From assembly GCA_036845145.1 (NCBI GenBank), contig DAIUEL010000002.1, positions 1-48,212 on the forward strand: a stretch of DNA of 48,212 bases. Direction: 5' to 3'. The stretch's first letter is position 1; each line of letters begins with the position of its first letter. The notes under the pieces are model-generated. The model was not told where the DNA came from, searched no databases, and was given only the letters and a program-made list of their open reading frames with translations. Made by a program: the position numbers and the translations under genes. Of this stretch, positions 25,745 through 34,790 are shown piece after piece. The DNA comes from Rhodanobacteraceae bacterium. Lineage in GTDB: Bacteria; Pseudomonadota; Gammaproteobacteria; Xanthomonadales; Rhodanobacteraceae.

Positions 25745-28041
25745 GTGCCACCGTCCTTTGCTCGCTTCTCGCCCAGCACCGCGCGCAGCTTGGCCGCGAG
25801 TTCGGGTTTCCGGTACGGCTTGTGCAGCAGGTTGATGCCCGGGTCCACGCGACCATGGTCGATGATCGCATTTTCCGTGTAACCCGATGTGTACAACACC
25901 GGCAGGCCGGGCCGCAGTGCGCGCGCGGCTTCCGCGAGTCTGGGGCCGGTCAGGCCGCCGGGCATGATCACGTCGGTGAACAGCGCATCGCAGGGAATGT
26001 TTTCGCGCAGCAATGCCAGCGCCTCTGGACCGTTGGCTGCCGCGACCACGCCGTAGCCGAGGCCTGTCAGCAGCTGCACGGCGTGTGCGCGCACCAGATC
26101 GTCATCTTCCACCAGAAGAATACGCTCGCCGCGACCCGCGATGTCGGCCGGTTCGACCATCGTGACCGGTTCGATTTGGTCCTTGGCCTGGCGCAGGTAC
26201 AGCGTGACGACCGTGCCATGGCCGGGTTCGGAATAGATCGCCACGTGGCCGCCGGATTGCTTGACGAAACCGTACACCATGCTCAAGCCCAGGCCGGTGC
26301 CCTGGCCGCGCGCCTTGGTGGTGAAAAACGGTTCGAACGCGCGCGCCACGTCTTCGGCGCTCATGCCGGTGCCGGTATCGGAAATCGAGATCCGAACGTA
26401 GTCGCCGGGCACCACGTCCGCGCGCCGCTCGGTGTAGTTTGCGTCCAGGATCACGTTGGCGGTTTCGATCATCAGCTTGCCGCCGCCGGGCATCGCGTCG
26501 CGCGCGTTGATGCACAGATTGAGCAGCGCGGATTCGAATTGCGCCGGGTCCACCGACACCCGCGCGACGTCGGCCGCGTTGTTCACCGTCAGCTCGACGT
26601 TCTCGCCGAGGGTGCGCCGCAACAGGGTGTGCATGCCGTTTACCAGTTCATCGGGGTGCACAGTCCGCGGCTCCAGTGCCTGCCGGCGCGCGAAGGCGAG
26701 CAGGTGGCGGGTCAGCTCCGCGCCGCGTTCGCCGGCGGTGCGGATCATGTCCACCAGCGGAAGCACGTCCGTCCGGTCGGGCAGTTCCTCCGCCAGTGCA
26801 TCGGCGTTGCCGACGATGACCGTCAGCAGGTTGTTGAAGTCATGCGCTATGCCGCCGGTGAGTTGCCCGATGGCTTCGAGTTTCTGGGACTGCGCGAGGC
26901 GACGTTCCAGTTCCACGCGCTCGGTGACGTCGGTGTGGATCTTCAGGACGCCGACGGCCTGGCCACCCTCGTTGCGCAGGAGGGTCCAGTGCCCGTCGAC
27001 GGTGATGGGCTTTCCGCCCGCGCCGGCTTGCCGGAAGCGCCCGGACCATTCGCCTTTTTCGAAGACCTCTGCGTCCGCGGTTTCGAACGCAACCGGGTCG
27101 CCGTACACGATGATGTCTTCCACGCGCCTTCCGATCGCCAGGCCGCGGGGGATCCCGTAGATGGTTTCGGCGGCATGGTTCCAGTAGCGGATGCGGCGAT
27201 CGAGGCTCCGCACCATGATCGCGTCCTTGGCGCGGTCGAGCAGCATCGCCTGTTCGCGGAGGGTGTCCTCGCGCTGCTTGCGATTGGAGAGATCGGTGAT
27301 CGCACCCACCACGCGCACCGCGCGGCCGTTCACGTCGCGGACGACGAAGCCGCGGTTGTACACGAATGCGTAGCTGCCATCCTGCCGCCTGAATCGGTGC
27401 TCACAGGTCCATTGTTCCGCGCCGCTGCCGATCGCCTCGTCCATGCTGCGGACGACTTGTTGGCGATCATCCGGGTGTATCCGCGCGCGCGCCCATTCGA
27501 GCGTACCCTCGACCGCCTTGGGTGGAATCCCGAACAGCCGCTGCAACCCGCCGTTCCACCAGACGGTGTTGTCGTCGATGTTGCGGTCCCACACCGCGTC
27601 TTCGGTGGCCCGGGTCACGTAGTCGAAACGTTCATGGCTCAGCCGCAACGCTGCCTCGATTCGAACGCGTTGGGTCACGTCATGCGCAAGCACCAGGCGC
27701 GCGGCGACGCCGCCGAACACGATATCGTCGGACGAGACCTCGACATTGATGATCGTGCCGTTCTTCTTGATGTGCCGCCAGAACCCGAACTCGCGGTGGC
27801 CTGCCGGGCCGGTGGAACGTACCCGCGCCAGCTTGGCCCTCTCATCCGGTGGCCGTATGTCGGCAATCGTCATGGCGAGGAATTCTTCCTCGCTGTAGCC
27901 GTATTGCTTGCACGCCTGGGCGTTCACCGCGAGAAACCGGCCGCTCGCAATCTCGAATACCCACATCGGCAGCGGGTTCGCGACGAACAGCATCTCGTAG
28001 TATTCGCTGCCGCTTCCGCGTGTGTTGTCTTCGGCGGTCAT
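25741..28041 (-). CDS. PAS-domain hybrid sensor histidine kinase / response regulator
   Basis: Multiple PAS modules. H-box IAHDFNNLL, N-box NLCINARDAMP, G-boxes DTGTGM and GTGLGLS, C-terminal REC (ILLVEDDDLV, TDVIMPGGLTG, KPY). The stop overlaps the downstream start (ATGA at 25741-25744). Start is 28041 or 28068. Confidence 0.9.
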   Translation of the reverse strand: MTAEDNTRGSGSEYYEMLFVANPLPMWVFEIASGRFLAVNAQACKQYGYSEEEFLAMTIADIRPPDERAKLARVRSTGPAGHREFGFWRHIKKNGTIINVEVSSDDIVFGGVAARLVLAHDVTQRVRIEAALRLSHERFDYVTRATEDAVWDRNIDDNTVWWNGGLQRLFGIPPKAVEGTLEWARARIHPDDRQQVVRSMDEAIGSGAEQWTCEHRFRRQDGSYAFVYNRGFVVRDVNGRAVRVVGAITDLSNRKQREDTLREQAMLLDRAKDAIMVRSLDRRIRYWNHAAETIYGIPRGLAIGRRVEDIIVYGDPVAFETADAEVFEKGEWSGRFRQAGAGGKPITVDGHWTLLRNEGGQAVGVLKIHTDVTERVELERRLAQSQKLEAIGQLTGGIAHDFNNLLTVIVGNADALAEELPDRTDVLPLVDMIRTAGERGAELTRHLLAFARRQALEPRTVHPDELVNGMHTLLRRTLGENVELTVNNAADVARVSVDPAQFESALLNLCINARDAMPGGGKLMIETANVILDANYTERRADVVPGDYVRISISDTGTGMSAEDVARAFEPFFTTKARGQGTGLGLSMVYGFVKQSGGHVAIYSEPGHGTVVTLYLRQAKDQIEPVTMVEPADIAGRGERILLVEDDDLVRAHAVQLLTGLGYGVVAAANGPEALALLRENIPCDALFTDVIMPGGLTGPRLAEAARALRPGLPVLYTSGYTENAIIDHGRVDPGINLLHKPYRKPELAAKLRAVLGEKRAKDGGT

Positions 28042-28254
28042 TCGCTTCCCGACTGGCGAGGCATCCATGGCCGCCCCGGCGCGCATGCATGGCCAATGTA
28101 TACCGAAGCGGGCAGGCAAGTCACGACCGGCTCGCAAAAGGAGAGGCGCGTCACAAAAGGTCACGCCGCTCCATGGCTGGTTCGCGCGCCTCGTGTGCCT
28201 GCTTTCTGCGGGTTGCAGCCTTATTGCAAGGGTGCTCGCCGGCATCTTTTGTGA

Positions 28255-28365
28255 CAGCCCCACGGCAGGGCCGAGGTGCGCAACCAGGACGCCTTGTTGC
28301 GGCGATCCGATGCGGCGGTGTACGCCGCAAAACGCGCCGGGCGCAACCGCGTCGAATGGTATTAA
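28255..28365 (+). pseudogene. orphan C-terminal ~30 codons of a GGDEF domain
   Basis: ..AEVRNQDALLRRSDAAVYAAKRAGRNRVEWY* matches the canonical GGDEF tail (..LL..AD.A.Y.AK..GRNR). There is an in-frame stop at 28252-28254, and no upstream GGDEF sequence in any frame. Confidence 0.45.
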
Positions 28366-28377
28366 AGCCGGGTCGCG

Positions 28378-29751
28378 TCAACGAGCCAAACGGCTTGATG
28401 GAACAGGCGGGCCAATCGCGCTAGATGCCCGCCGGCCTTCGTTCGGGGTGCTGCTGCCGCCCACATCCATCTTGATCGTCGCGTTTGAAGGTGCTTCCTG
28501 CGCCTGCAATTTCGCGGCGACCTGTTCGGCTTCGCGCATCACGCGCAGCAGGTTGCGGCCGGCGAGGGCGGCCAGTTCGCCGTCGGTCCAGCCGCGGCGC
28601 GCGAGCTCGGCAAACAGCGCGGGATAGGTGTCCACGCCCTCCAGGCCCTCGGGCGTGATTTCGATGCCATCGAAGTCGCTGCCGATGCCGACGCTCTCGA
28701 CGCCGGCGATCTTGCGAATGTGGTCGATGTGATCGGCCACCTGCGCGATGGTGGCTTTGGGTTGCGGATGTTCCTTCTTCCATTGGTCCATCGCAGCCTT
28801 GGCGCGGTCGGGTTGGCCGACATACAGCGCATCGAATTTCGCCGACGCGCCGGCGCGGTCGGCATCCCACGTTGCGACGGCCTGCGAAATGAAGGGCGGG
28901 TAGAAGTTCACCATCACCACGCCGTGGTTCTGCTTGACCATGCGCAGCACGTCATCGGGTACGTCGCGCGGATGATCGTCCAGTGCACGTGCGCTTGAGT
29001 GCGAAAAAATCACCGGGGTCCGTGTGGTTTCGAGTGCTGCCTTCATGGTTTCGGGCGACACGTGCGAGAGATCCACCAGCATCCCGAGCCGGTTCATTTC
29101 GTGCACCACGGCGCGGCCGAACGGCGTCAGCCCCTGGTGCGCGGGCGTGTCGGTAGCCGAATCCGCCCAGTCGGTGTTCTTGCTGTGCGTCAGCGTCATG
29201 TAACGGACGCCAAGCGCGTAGTAATCGCGCAGCACCGGCAGCGAGTTGTTGATCTGATGGCCGCCCTCGACGCCGATCAGACTGGCGATGCGCCCGGATT
29301 TCTCGATGCGTTGGATGTCGGCGGCGGTGGACGCCATTTCGAAATCTTTCGGATACTTCGCGACCATCGTGCGGACGATGTCGATCTGCTCGAGCGTCAT
29401 CTGCACCGCCTCGGGACCGGTCGTGGTCGCCGGAATCCAGACCGACCAGAACTGCGCACCGAGGTGGCCCTTGCGGGCGCGCGGGATATCGGTCATCAAA
29501 TGCACGTCGCCGTCGCCGGTCTTGCCCCGCAGGTTGGACGTGTCGGCAGAAAGATCGATGTTTCCGACATTGCCGAAATCGGTGCGGATTCCCCACGGCA
29601 GGTCGTTGTGGCCGTCGATCACCGGCGTTTCGGTGAGTACGCGATCGACCCGCGCCGACAAGGCTTTGTCCTTCGCCGACGGCAGCGCAGCGAGGGCGAT
29701 GCACGGAAGGGCGACGAGCAGGCAGGCGGCGATGCGAAGGTGCTTGGTCAT
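28378..29751 (-). CDS. membrane dipeptidase (peptidase family M19), secreted
   Basis: Signal MTKHLRIAACLLVALPCIALAA. Motifs VIDGHNDLPW, LTHSKNTDWADS, DLSHVS, SHSSARAL, GSDFDG. Confidence 0.9.
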   Translation of the reverse strand: MTKHLRIAACLLVALPCIALAALPSAKDKALSARVDRVLTETPVIDGHNDLPWGIRTDFGNVGNIDLSADTSNLRGKTGDGDVHLMTDIPRARKGHLGAQFWSVWIPATTTGPEAVQMTLEQIDIVRTMVAKYPKDFEMASTAADIQRIEKSGRIASLIGVEGGHQINNSLPVLRDYYALGVRYMTLTHSKNTDWADSATDTPAHQGLTPFGRAVVHEMNRLGMLVDLSHVSPETMKAALETTRTPVIFSHSSARALDDHPRDVPDDVLRMVKQNHGVVMVNFYPPFISQAVATWDADRAGASAKFDALYVGQPDRAKAAMDQWKKEHPQPKATIAQVADHIDHIRKIAGVESVGIGSDFDGIEITPEGLEGVDTYPALFAELARRGWTDGELAALAGRNLLRVMREAEQVAAKLQAQEAPSNATIKMDVGGSSTPNEGRRASSAIGPPVPSSRLAR

Positions 29752-29844
29752 GGCGTCCCCGGTAAGGTCATGAGAAGAGCTGTCGCGCATCGCGTTCATG
29801 CGACACGTTGCGCCGAGCCTATCAGCGTTTCGACGGATGATCGC

Positions 29845-31044
29845 TCAGAAGAACGTGGGCATGGTTTCCAGCACGTGCAACTCGTCATCGACCAGCAGCA
29901 CCTGCCGCCACTTGTCGAAAGTAAGGCACGGATGCGAGGCGCCGAACGAAAGAATGTCGCCGATGTGGAGATCGAGGTCATCGGGAATCACCAGCATCGC
30001 GTGCTGGTCCATGACCTTGCGGACGCTGCAACCGGTCAGTGGCCGCGCGGGCTGACCGGGCCGATGCAGCTGCAGCGGGATCGGCAGGTCGGGATCGACG
30101 GAAATGTCGCGCTTGCCCATCGCGACCACTGCCAGGCCGGGTTCGGGCAACGACTGCACGTGGGCGAACACTGCCAGCGCCGGTTCGAGTTCGCCCATCA
30201 GTTCCGGATGGCGCGCCTTCACCTCGGCCATCGCATCGCGATATGAGCGGTGATCGTGCACCACATAGCAACCGGGCCGCAGCACCGGCGTGCAGTGATC
30301 GCGCAGGTCGGGCTGGTCGAACGCTTCCGCGATCAGGTCGAACCATTGGGAACCCGCCGCGGTGACGATGGGCTTGCGATCCGCGAAGGCACCCGCAGCG
30401 CGGAGCGTGCGCATGCTGGTGACGAGTTTTTGGCCGTAGCTGCGGATGTCGCCGGCGGCGTGGCCGCCGCCGATCAGGCCTTCGTAGCCCTCGATGCCAC
30501 AGAGGGTGACGGCCGGCGCGGCTGCGATGGACTCGATGAGCCGTTCCAGTTCCGCGTCGCTGCGCACACCGCAGCGGCCGCCGGGCACGCCGAGTTCGAC
30601 CAGCACCCGCAGAACGAGGCCCCGCGCCGCGAAAAAGCGGCTCAACGCTTCGACATTGGCCGCGCTGTCGACCAAGCAATGATAGTCCGCGCCGCGCTCG
30701 ATCAGTCCGGCCACGATCGCCATGTTGGGCGTTCCGACCAACTGATTCGCCATCAGCAGGCGCGTCGTACCGTGTTCGAAAGCTGCGGCGCACTGGACGG
30801 CGGTGGCCAGCGTGATGCCCCACGCGCCCGCGTCGAGCTGGCGGCGGAACAGCGCGGGCGTCATGGTGGTCTTGCCGTGCGGCGCGAGCTGCGCGCCATG
30901 GTCGTCGGCGAAGCGTTGCATCCATGCAATGTTGTGGGCGAGCGCCGTGTCGAAAACGACCGCCGCGGGCAGGGCCACGTTTTCGAGCAGTGACTGGCCG
31001 TCGACGGGTTGGCCTTTTTGCAGATGGTGCGCGGGAAGGACCAT
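29845..31044 (-). CDS. PLP-dependent amino-acid deaminase/aldolase of the alanine-racemase-fold (D-serine dehydratase-like) family
   Basis: APHGKTTM (PLP Lys context), GITLATAVQ and a C-terminal beta-domain (GDILSFGASHPCLTFDKW). Substrate not determinable. Confidence 0.8.
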   Translation of the reverse strand: MVLPAHHLQKGQPVDGQSLLENVALPAAVVFDTALAHNIAWMQRFADDHGAQLAPHGKTTMTPALFRRQLDAGAWGITLATAVQCAAAFEHGTTRLLMANQLVGTPNMAIVAGLIERGADYHCLVDSAANVEALSRFFAARGLVLRVLVELGVPGGRCGVRSDAELERLIESIAAAPAVTLCGIEGYEGLIGGGHAAGDIRSYGQKLVTSMRTLRAAGAFADRKPIVTAAGSQWFDLIAEAFDQPDLRDHCTPVLRPGCYVVHDHRSYRDAMAEVKARHPELMGELEPALAVFAHVQSLPEPGLAVVAMGKRDISVDPDLPIPLQLHRPGQPARPLTGCSVRKVMDQHAMLVIPDDLDLHIGDILSFGASHPCLTFDKWRQVLLVDDELHVLETMPTFF

Positions 31045-31253
31045 GGGCGCGAGCCTGAAGCAACGATGCCCGATGCTACAGGATGCCGATTTTTCTTACA
31101 CAGTGCGTTCTCGCACGGCGCCTCGACGGCGGGCGATTCATGGGAACTGCAGCCGCACCCGGAGCGGGTTGGTCGCCGAAATCCTTTACAAAAATCGCTT
31201 TCCCATCCGGCCGATCATGCGCTACATAAAAGCAAATCAATGGTTTGAACGAC

Positions 31254-31268
31254 TGGCACGTTGAATGC
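31254..31268 (+). promoter_or_regulatory. candidate sigma-54 (-24/-12) promoter
   Basis: TGGCACGTTGAATGC against consensus TGGCACG-N4-TTGC. The GG and GC spacing is correct and there is one mismatch in the -12 box. It lies ~70 nt upstream of the PEP-CTERM gene start. Confidence 0.45.
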
Positions 31269-31338
31269 TTTTTTTGCGGCAGCCGGGGAAAACCGAACGG
31301 GCAGTTTGTCATGCCCAATGTCAGGAGGATTGCAAGCC

Positions 31339-32094
31339 ATGAATGTGGAGAAGGAAGTTTTCGCAAAAAAAACCGGGCTCTGGATGGCCCTTGCAACGAT
31401 CGGCATGTTGGCGTCGGCGCCGTGCGCGTTCGCGACCCCGGTCCAGATCGGCTTCAACGGTGCGGGCGGCAGCGGACACGTTTCGCTCACGGTCGAATCC
31501 GATACCACGGCCGGTGATCCGGCCGGCGCCCAGGTGATCACCAATGCCAGCGGCACTTTTTCCGACACGAACCTTGGCATCGATGATGTATCGATCACGG
31601 GCGTGCTGGTGCGCAATTTCGCGACGCCCAACGATACGGTGCCCAGCCCCGAGAATGACCCACTGCCGTTTCCGCCGGTGCCGTTTCCGGCGAGCTACAG
31701 CAAGCTGCCTGTGCTGAACCCTCCGGGCATGGATACTGCGATCACCTACGACGATCTTTTTTACCTCGACGGATCTCCACGGACCTGCTGGGACTATCCC
31801 TTCTCCGGCGGTTTCCTGGATCCCTACGGCGTGATGTTCACGCTTGCCAACGGTGGCTTCGTGGATTTGTGGAGCGACGGGGTGATGTCGCCGGGCGGGC
31901 TTACCTACGGATTCGCCGTGATGCTCCCGAATGCCGATCCCGACGGCAACTGGGTCAGCGACTTCCAGTTCAGCGGGGTCCGCGCAGCGGTGCCGGAACC
32001 GGACTCCATATGGCTGTTTGGCGCGTCGGTGCTCGGGCTGTTCGCATGGCGTCGCTCGACTGAAACACGCAAGCGCGCATCACGATCCATCTGA
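31339..32094 (+). CDS. PEP-CTERM sorting-domain protein
   Basis: AGGAGG lies 9 nt before the ATG. Signal peptide ..MLASAPCAFA. C-terminal VPEPDSIWLFGASVLGLFAWRRS matches PEP motif + TM + basic cluster. Confidence 0.8.
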   Translation: MNVEKEVFAKKTGLWMALATIGMLASAPCAFATPVQIGFNGAGGSGHVSLTVESDTTAGDPAGAQVITNASGTFSDTNLGIDDVSITGVLVRNFATPNDTVPSPENDPLPFPPVPFPASYSKLPVLNPPGMDTAITYDDLFYLDGSPRTCWDYPFSGGFLDPYGVMFTLANGGFVDLWSDGVMSPGGLTYGFAVMLPNADPDGNWVSDFQFSGVRAAVPEPDSIWLFGASVLGLFAWRRSTETRKRASRSI

Positions 32095-32174
32095 TCGCGC
32101 GGCGCTTGCTCGTGCAGCGCGCGATACGGAGGTGTCGCGCGCTGCAAGTATTCGCCTGATCGCCGGGTCCATCG

Positions 32175-32202
32175 GTGAAGCGGATGCGGGCTTCCGCTTC
32201 AC
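32175..32202 (+). terminator. hairpin downstream of the PEP-CTERM gene
   Basis: gtgaagcgga-tgcgggct-tccgcttcac, a 10-bp stem. No U-tract. Confidence 0.35.
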
Positions 32203-32322
32203 GCGTAGGAAATCCCCCACAACGCTTTCGGAATTGATTGCGCGACCACCGGGACGATCGCCGACTTCGCGTCCGTTCGCGCGCGCCAACAATTTGCGCT
32301 GGCGATCGGCGGAGTGAAAGCG

Positions 32323-33201
32323 ATGCGTTCGACGGTGCGAGGGGTGGTAGTGGGTGTACTGGTGTGGGCGGCAGCGTTGCCGGTCGTGGTATGCGCCGCG
32401 CCGCCGCCTCCGGTCGAACTGGTCGACGTCTATCACCGCGGTGTCGACCTGTCCCGCTACTGGGTAAGCGAGAAATTCGATGGTGTGCGCGGCTACTGGA
32501 ATGGCCATGAATTGCTGACGCGCGGCGGCACGGTCGTGCGCGCGCCGGGATGGTTCACGAAGCATTGGCCGAAGACACCCATGGATGGCGAGTTGTGGGC
32601 CGGCTACGGGCATTTCGCGACCGCCTCCACCATCGTGCGAACGGCCGGACCGGATGATCCGGCGTGGCACAAGATGAGCTATCGCGTTTTCGATCTCCCC
32701 GCGCACGGCGGCAACTTCGACGCGCGCGTACCGGCGATCCGGGAGACGGTCGCGGCGATCGGTGATCCTTGGGTGGTCGCGATCCGCCAGTTTAATGTTC
32801 CCGACGAAACCGCGCTGCGGGCGGCGCTCAAGCGCGTGCTCGACAGGGGCGGCGAGGGGCTGGTGTTGCACCGCGGTGATGCGCCTTACCGGCCCGGACG
32901 CAATGTCGGCTTGCTCAAGCTGAAGCCGTACCAGGACGCCGAAGCCAGGGTCGTCGCGATCCGGCCGGGCGAGGGCCGGCTCAAGGGCATGATGGGCTCG
33001 ATCGAAGTGCGCACACCCGACGGACGTCGTTTCGCGATCGGCTCGGGGTTTTCCGATGCGCAACGCGCGCATCCGCCAGCGGTGGGCTCGTGGGTGACCT
33101 ACCGATTCAACGGTATGACGGACAGCGGGTTGCCACGGTTCGTGCGATTCCTGCGGATGCGACCGGGCGGACCGCCGCCGGAAGTCCCCGCACAGCCGTG
33201 A
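32323..33201 (+). CDS. minimal ATP-dependent DNA ligase with N-terminal signal peptide (Lig E-type)
   Basis: Signal MRSTVRGVVVGVLVWAAALPVVVCAA. Motif I SEKFDGVRG (KxDG), EGLVLH, LLKLKP and an OB-fold tail (GSIEV..FAIGSGFSD). GGAG lies 8 nt before the ATG at 32323; the GTG at 32314 is an alternative. Confidence 0.85.
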   Translation: MRSTVRGVVVGVLVWAAALPVVVCAAPPPPVELVDVYHRGVDLSRYWVSEKFDGVRGYWNGHELLTRGGTVVRAPGWFTKHWPKTPMDGELWAGYGHFATASTIVRTAGPDDPAWHKMSYRVFDLPAHGGNFDARVPAIRETVAAIGDPWVVAIRQFNVPDETALRAALKRVLDRGGEGLVLHRGDAPYRPGRNVGLLKLKPYQDAEARVVAIRPGEGRLKGMMGSIEVRTPDGRRFAIGSGFSDAQRAHPPAVGSWVTYRFNGMTDSGLPRFVRFLRMRPGGPPPEVPAQP

Positions 33202-33228
33202 TCGTGGTGTGTGCGACGACGCTCACGC

Positions 33229-33663
33229 TCACGCGCCGTGGCTTCGCGCCCACTGCACGATGCCCGGGGCATTCATGGCGCCTGCTTGGCGCGCGATTTC
33301 GCGGCCGCCGCGGAACAGCGCGAGTGTCGGAATGCTGCGGATGTCGTAGCGCGCGCCGAGCGATTGTTGCGCGTCGGTGTCGACCTTCAGCAGGCGCACA
33401 CGCGGCTCCAATTGTGCCGCGGCCTTCACGAATTCCGGCGCCATCATCCTGCACGGTCCGCACCACGGCGCCCAGAAATCGACCAGCACCGGGACCTCAT
33501 CGTGTGAAAGGTGTTTCTGGAACGCGGCATCGTTCACTTCCACCGGCTTGCCGTCGAACAATGGTCGATGGCAGTTGCCGCAATTCGGCGTGTCCGATCG
33601 CTCGCGCGGCACGCGGTTCACCGCTGCGCAGTGCGGACACACGATGTGCGATGCGTTACTCAT
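33229..33663 (-). CDS. trxC: thioredoxin 2 (zinc-finger thioredoxin)
   Basis: N-terminal CPHC..CGNC zinc finger followed by the WCGPC thioredoxin domain. Length 144 aa. Confidence 0.9.
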   Translation of the reverse strand: MSNASHIVCPHCAAVNRVPRERSDTPNCGNCHRPLFDGKPVEVNDAAFQKHLSHDEVPVLVDFWAPWCGPCRMMAPEFVKAAAQLEPRVRLLKVDTDAQQSLGARYDIRSIPTLALFRGGREIARQAGAMNAPGIVQWARSHGA

Positions 33664-34790
33664 GATGAAGCCCTTCCATTGTCGTCGGCGGACGGTTCGC
33701 CGGCCGTCGTGCTGGAAGCATAGTCCGCCGCCGCATGGATCATCGAGTTGGCGGTCGCGATGACGGGCACAGCGAAGAATGCCCCGGCGATACCGCCGAT
33801 GGCCGCGCCCGCCATCACGCCAAGCACGATCCCTAGCGGATGCACCTTGACTGCGCCACCGGTGATCAGGGGATGCAGGACGTTGCCCTCGATCTGGTTC
33901 ACCAGCAGCACGATGCCGAACATGATCAGCGCGTTGATCCAGCCGTTGAACAGCAGTGCGATGAGCACCGCCACCGCGCCCGCCACGATCGATCCGATGA
34001 TGGGCACCAGTGCGCCGAAGAACACGATGGCCGCGATCGGCGTCGCCAGCGGCACGCCGATGATCCACGCGCCGGATCCGATCGCGACCGCTTCGAGTGC
34101 GGCCACGAAGATCTGGATGCGAACGAATTCCTTGAGGGTGCGCCAGCCCGCGCGCCCGGCGAAATCGATGCGCGCACGGGCGCGGTGTGGAAACAACCGC
34201 GTGGTCCAGGCCCAGATCCCGGCGCCGTCGATCATCGCGAACAGGGTCACGAAGATGATGATGAAGATGCCTTCGAGAAGGCCCACCACGCGTTTGCCCA
34301 CGTTGGCCGCGCGCAACGCGATCTGCGAGGCGTTGTTTTGCAGCCACTGGACGATATCCGAGACGTAGCCATTGATCTTTTCGGGTGTCAGTCCGAACGG
34401 ATGCGTCGCGAGCAGGCGGTTGAGCGAGTTGCCGAGCGCGCCGATCTGTTTTTCCAATACAGGCAGCGCGGTCACCACCCGCTCGGTGACCAGCAGCAGC
34501 AAGCCGACCACCACCGCGATCCCGATCAGCAGCGCAACCAGGATGGCGAGCCACTTCGGCCAGCCGTGACGCTGCAGGACATCCGACAGTGGTACCAGCA
34601 ACGCCGCCACGATGATGCCGATCAGGAACGGAATCACGATTTCCGCGAGCAGGTGCGCGAGGAATCCGATGCCCGCGAGCGCGGCGGCGATCACGAGCAG
34701 GCGCCACGTGAACGCGGCGCCGATGCGCAGCCCGTGCGGAACGGCTTCGTCGGCCGGATCGCTGGAACGTGCGTGCCACCTCGAACTCAC
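33660..34790 (-). CDS. AI-2E family transporter (PerM/YhhT-like permease)
   Basis: Eight or so TM segments and the characteristic Gly-rich C-terminal helices (ITGGAVKVHPLGIVLGVMAGAAIGGIAGAFFAVP). The stop overlaps the trxC start (ATGA at 33660-33663). Confidence 0.88.
   Translation of the reverse strand: MSSRWHARSSDPADEAVPHGLRIGAAFTWRLLVIAAALAGIGFLAHLLAEIVIPFLIGIIVAALLVPLSDVLQRHGWPKWLAILVALLIGIAVVVGLLLLVTERVVTALPVLEKQIGALGNSLNRLLATHPFGLTPEKINGYVSDIVQWLQNNASQIALRAANVGKRVVGLLEGIFIIIFVTLFAMIDGAGIWAWTTRLFPHRARARIDFAGRAGWRTLKEFVRIQIFVAALEAVAIGSGAWIIGVPLATPIAAIVFFGALVPIIGSIVAGAVAVLIALLFNGWINALIMFGIVLLVNQIEGNVLHPLITGGAVKVHPLGIVLGVMAGAAIGGIAGAFFAVPVIATANSMIHAAADYASSTTAGEPSADDNGRASS

Noticed and set aside
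25822-28254. 810-aa plus-strand ORF
   Set aside because: Antisense to the hybrid histidine kinase, whose H, N, G and REC motifs are all on the minus strand.
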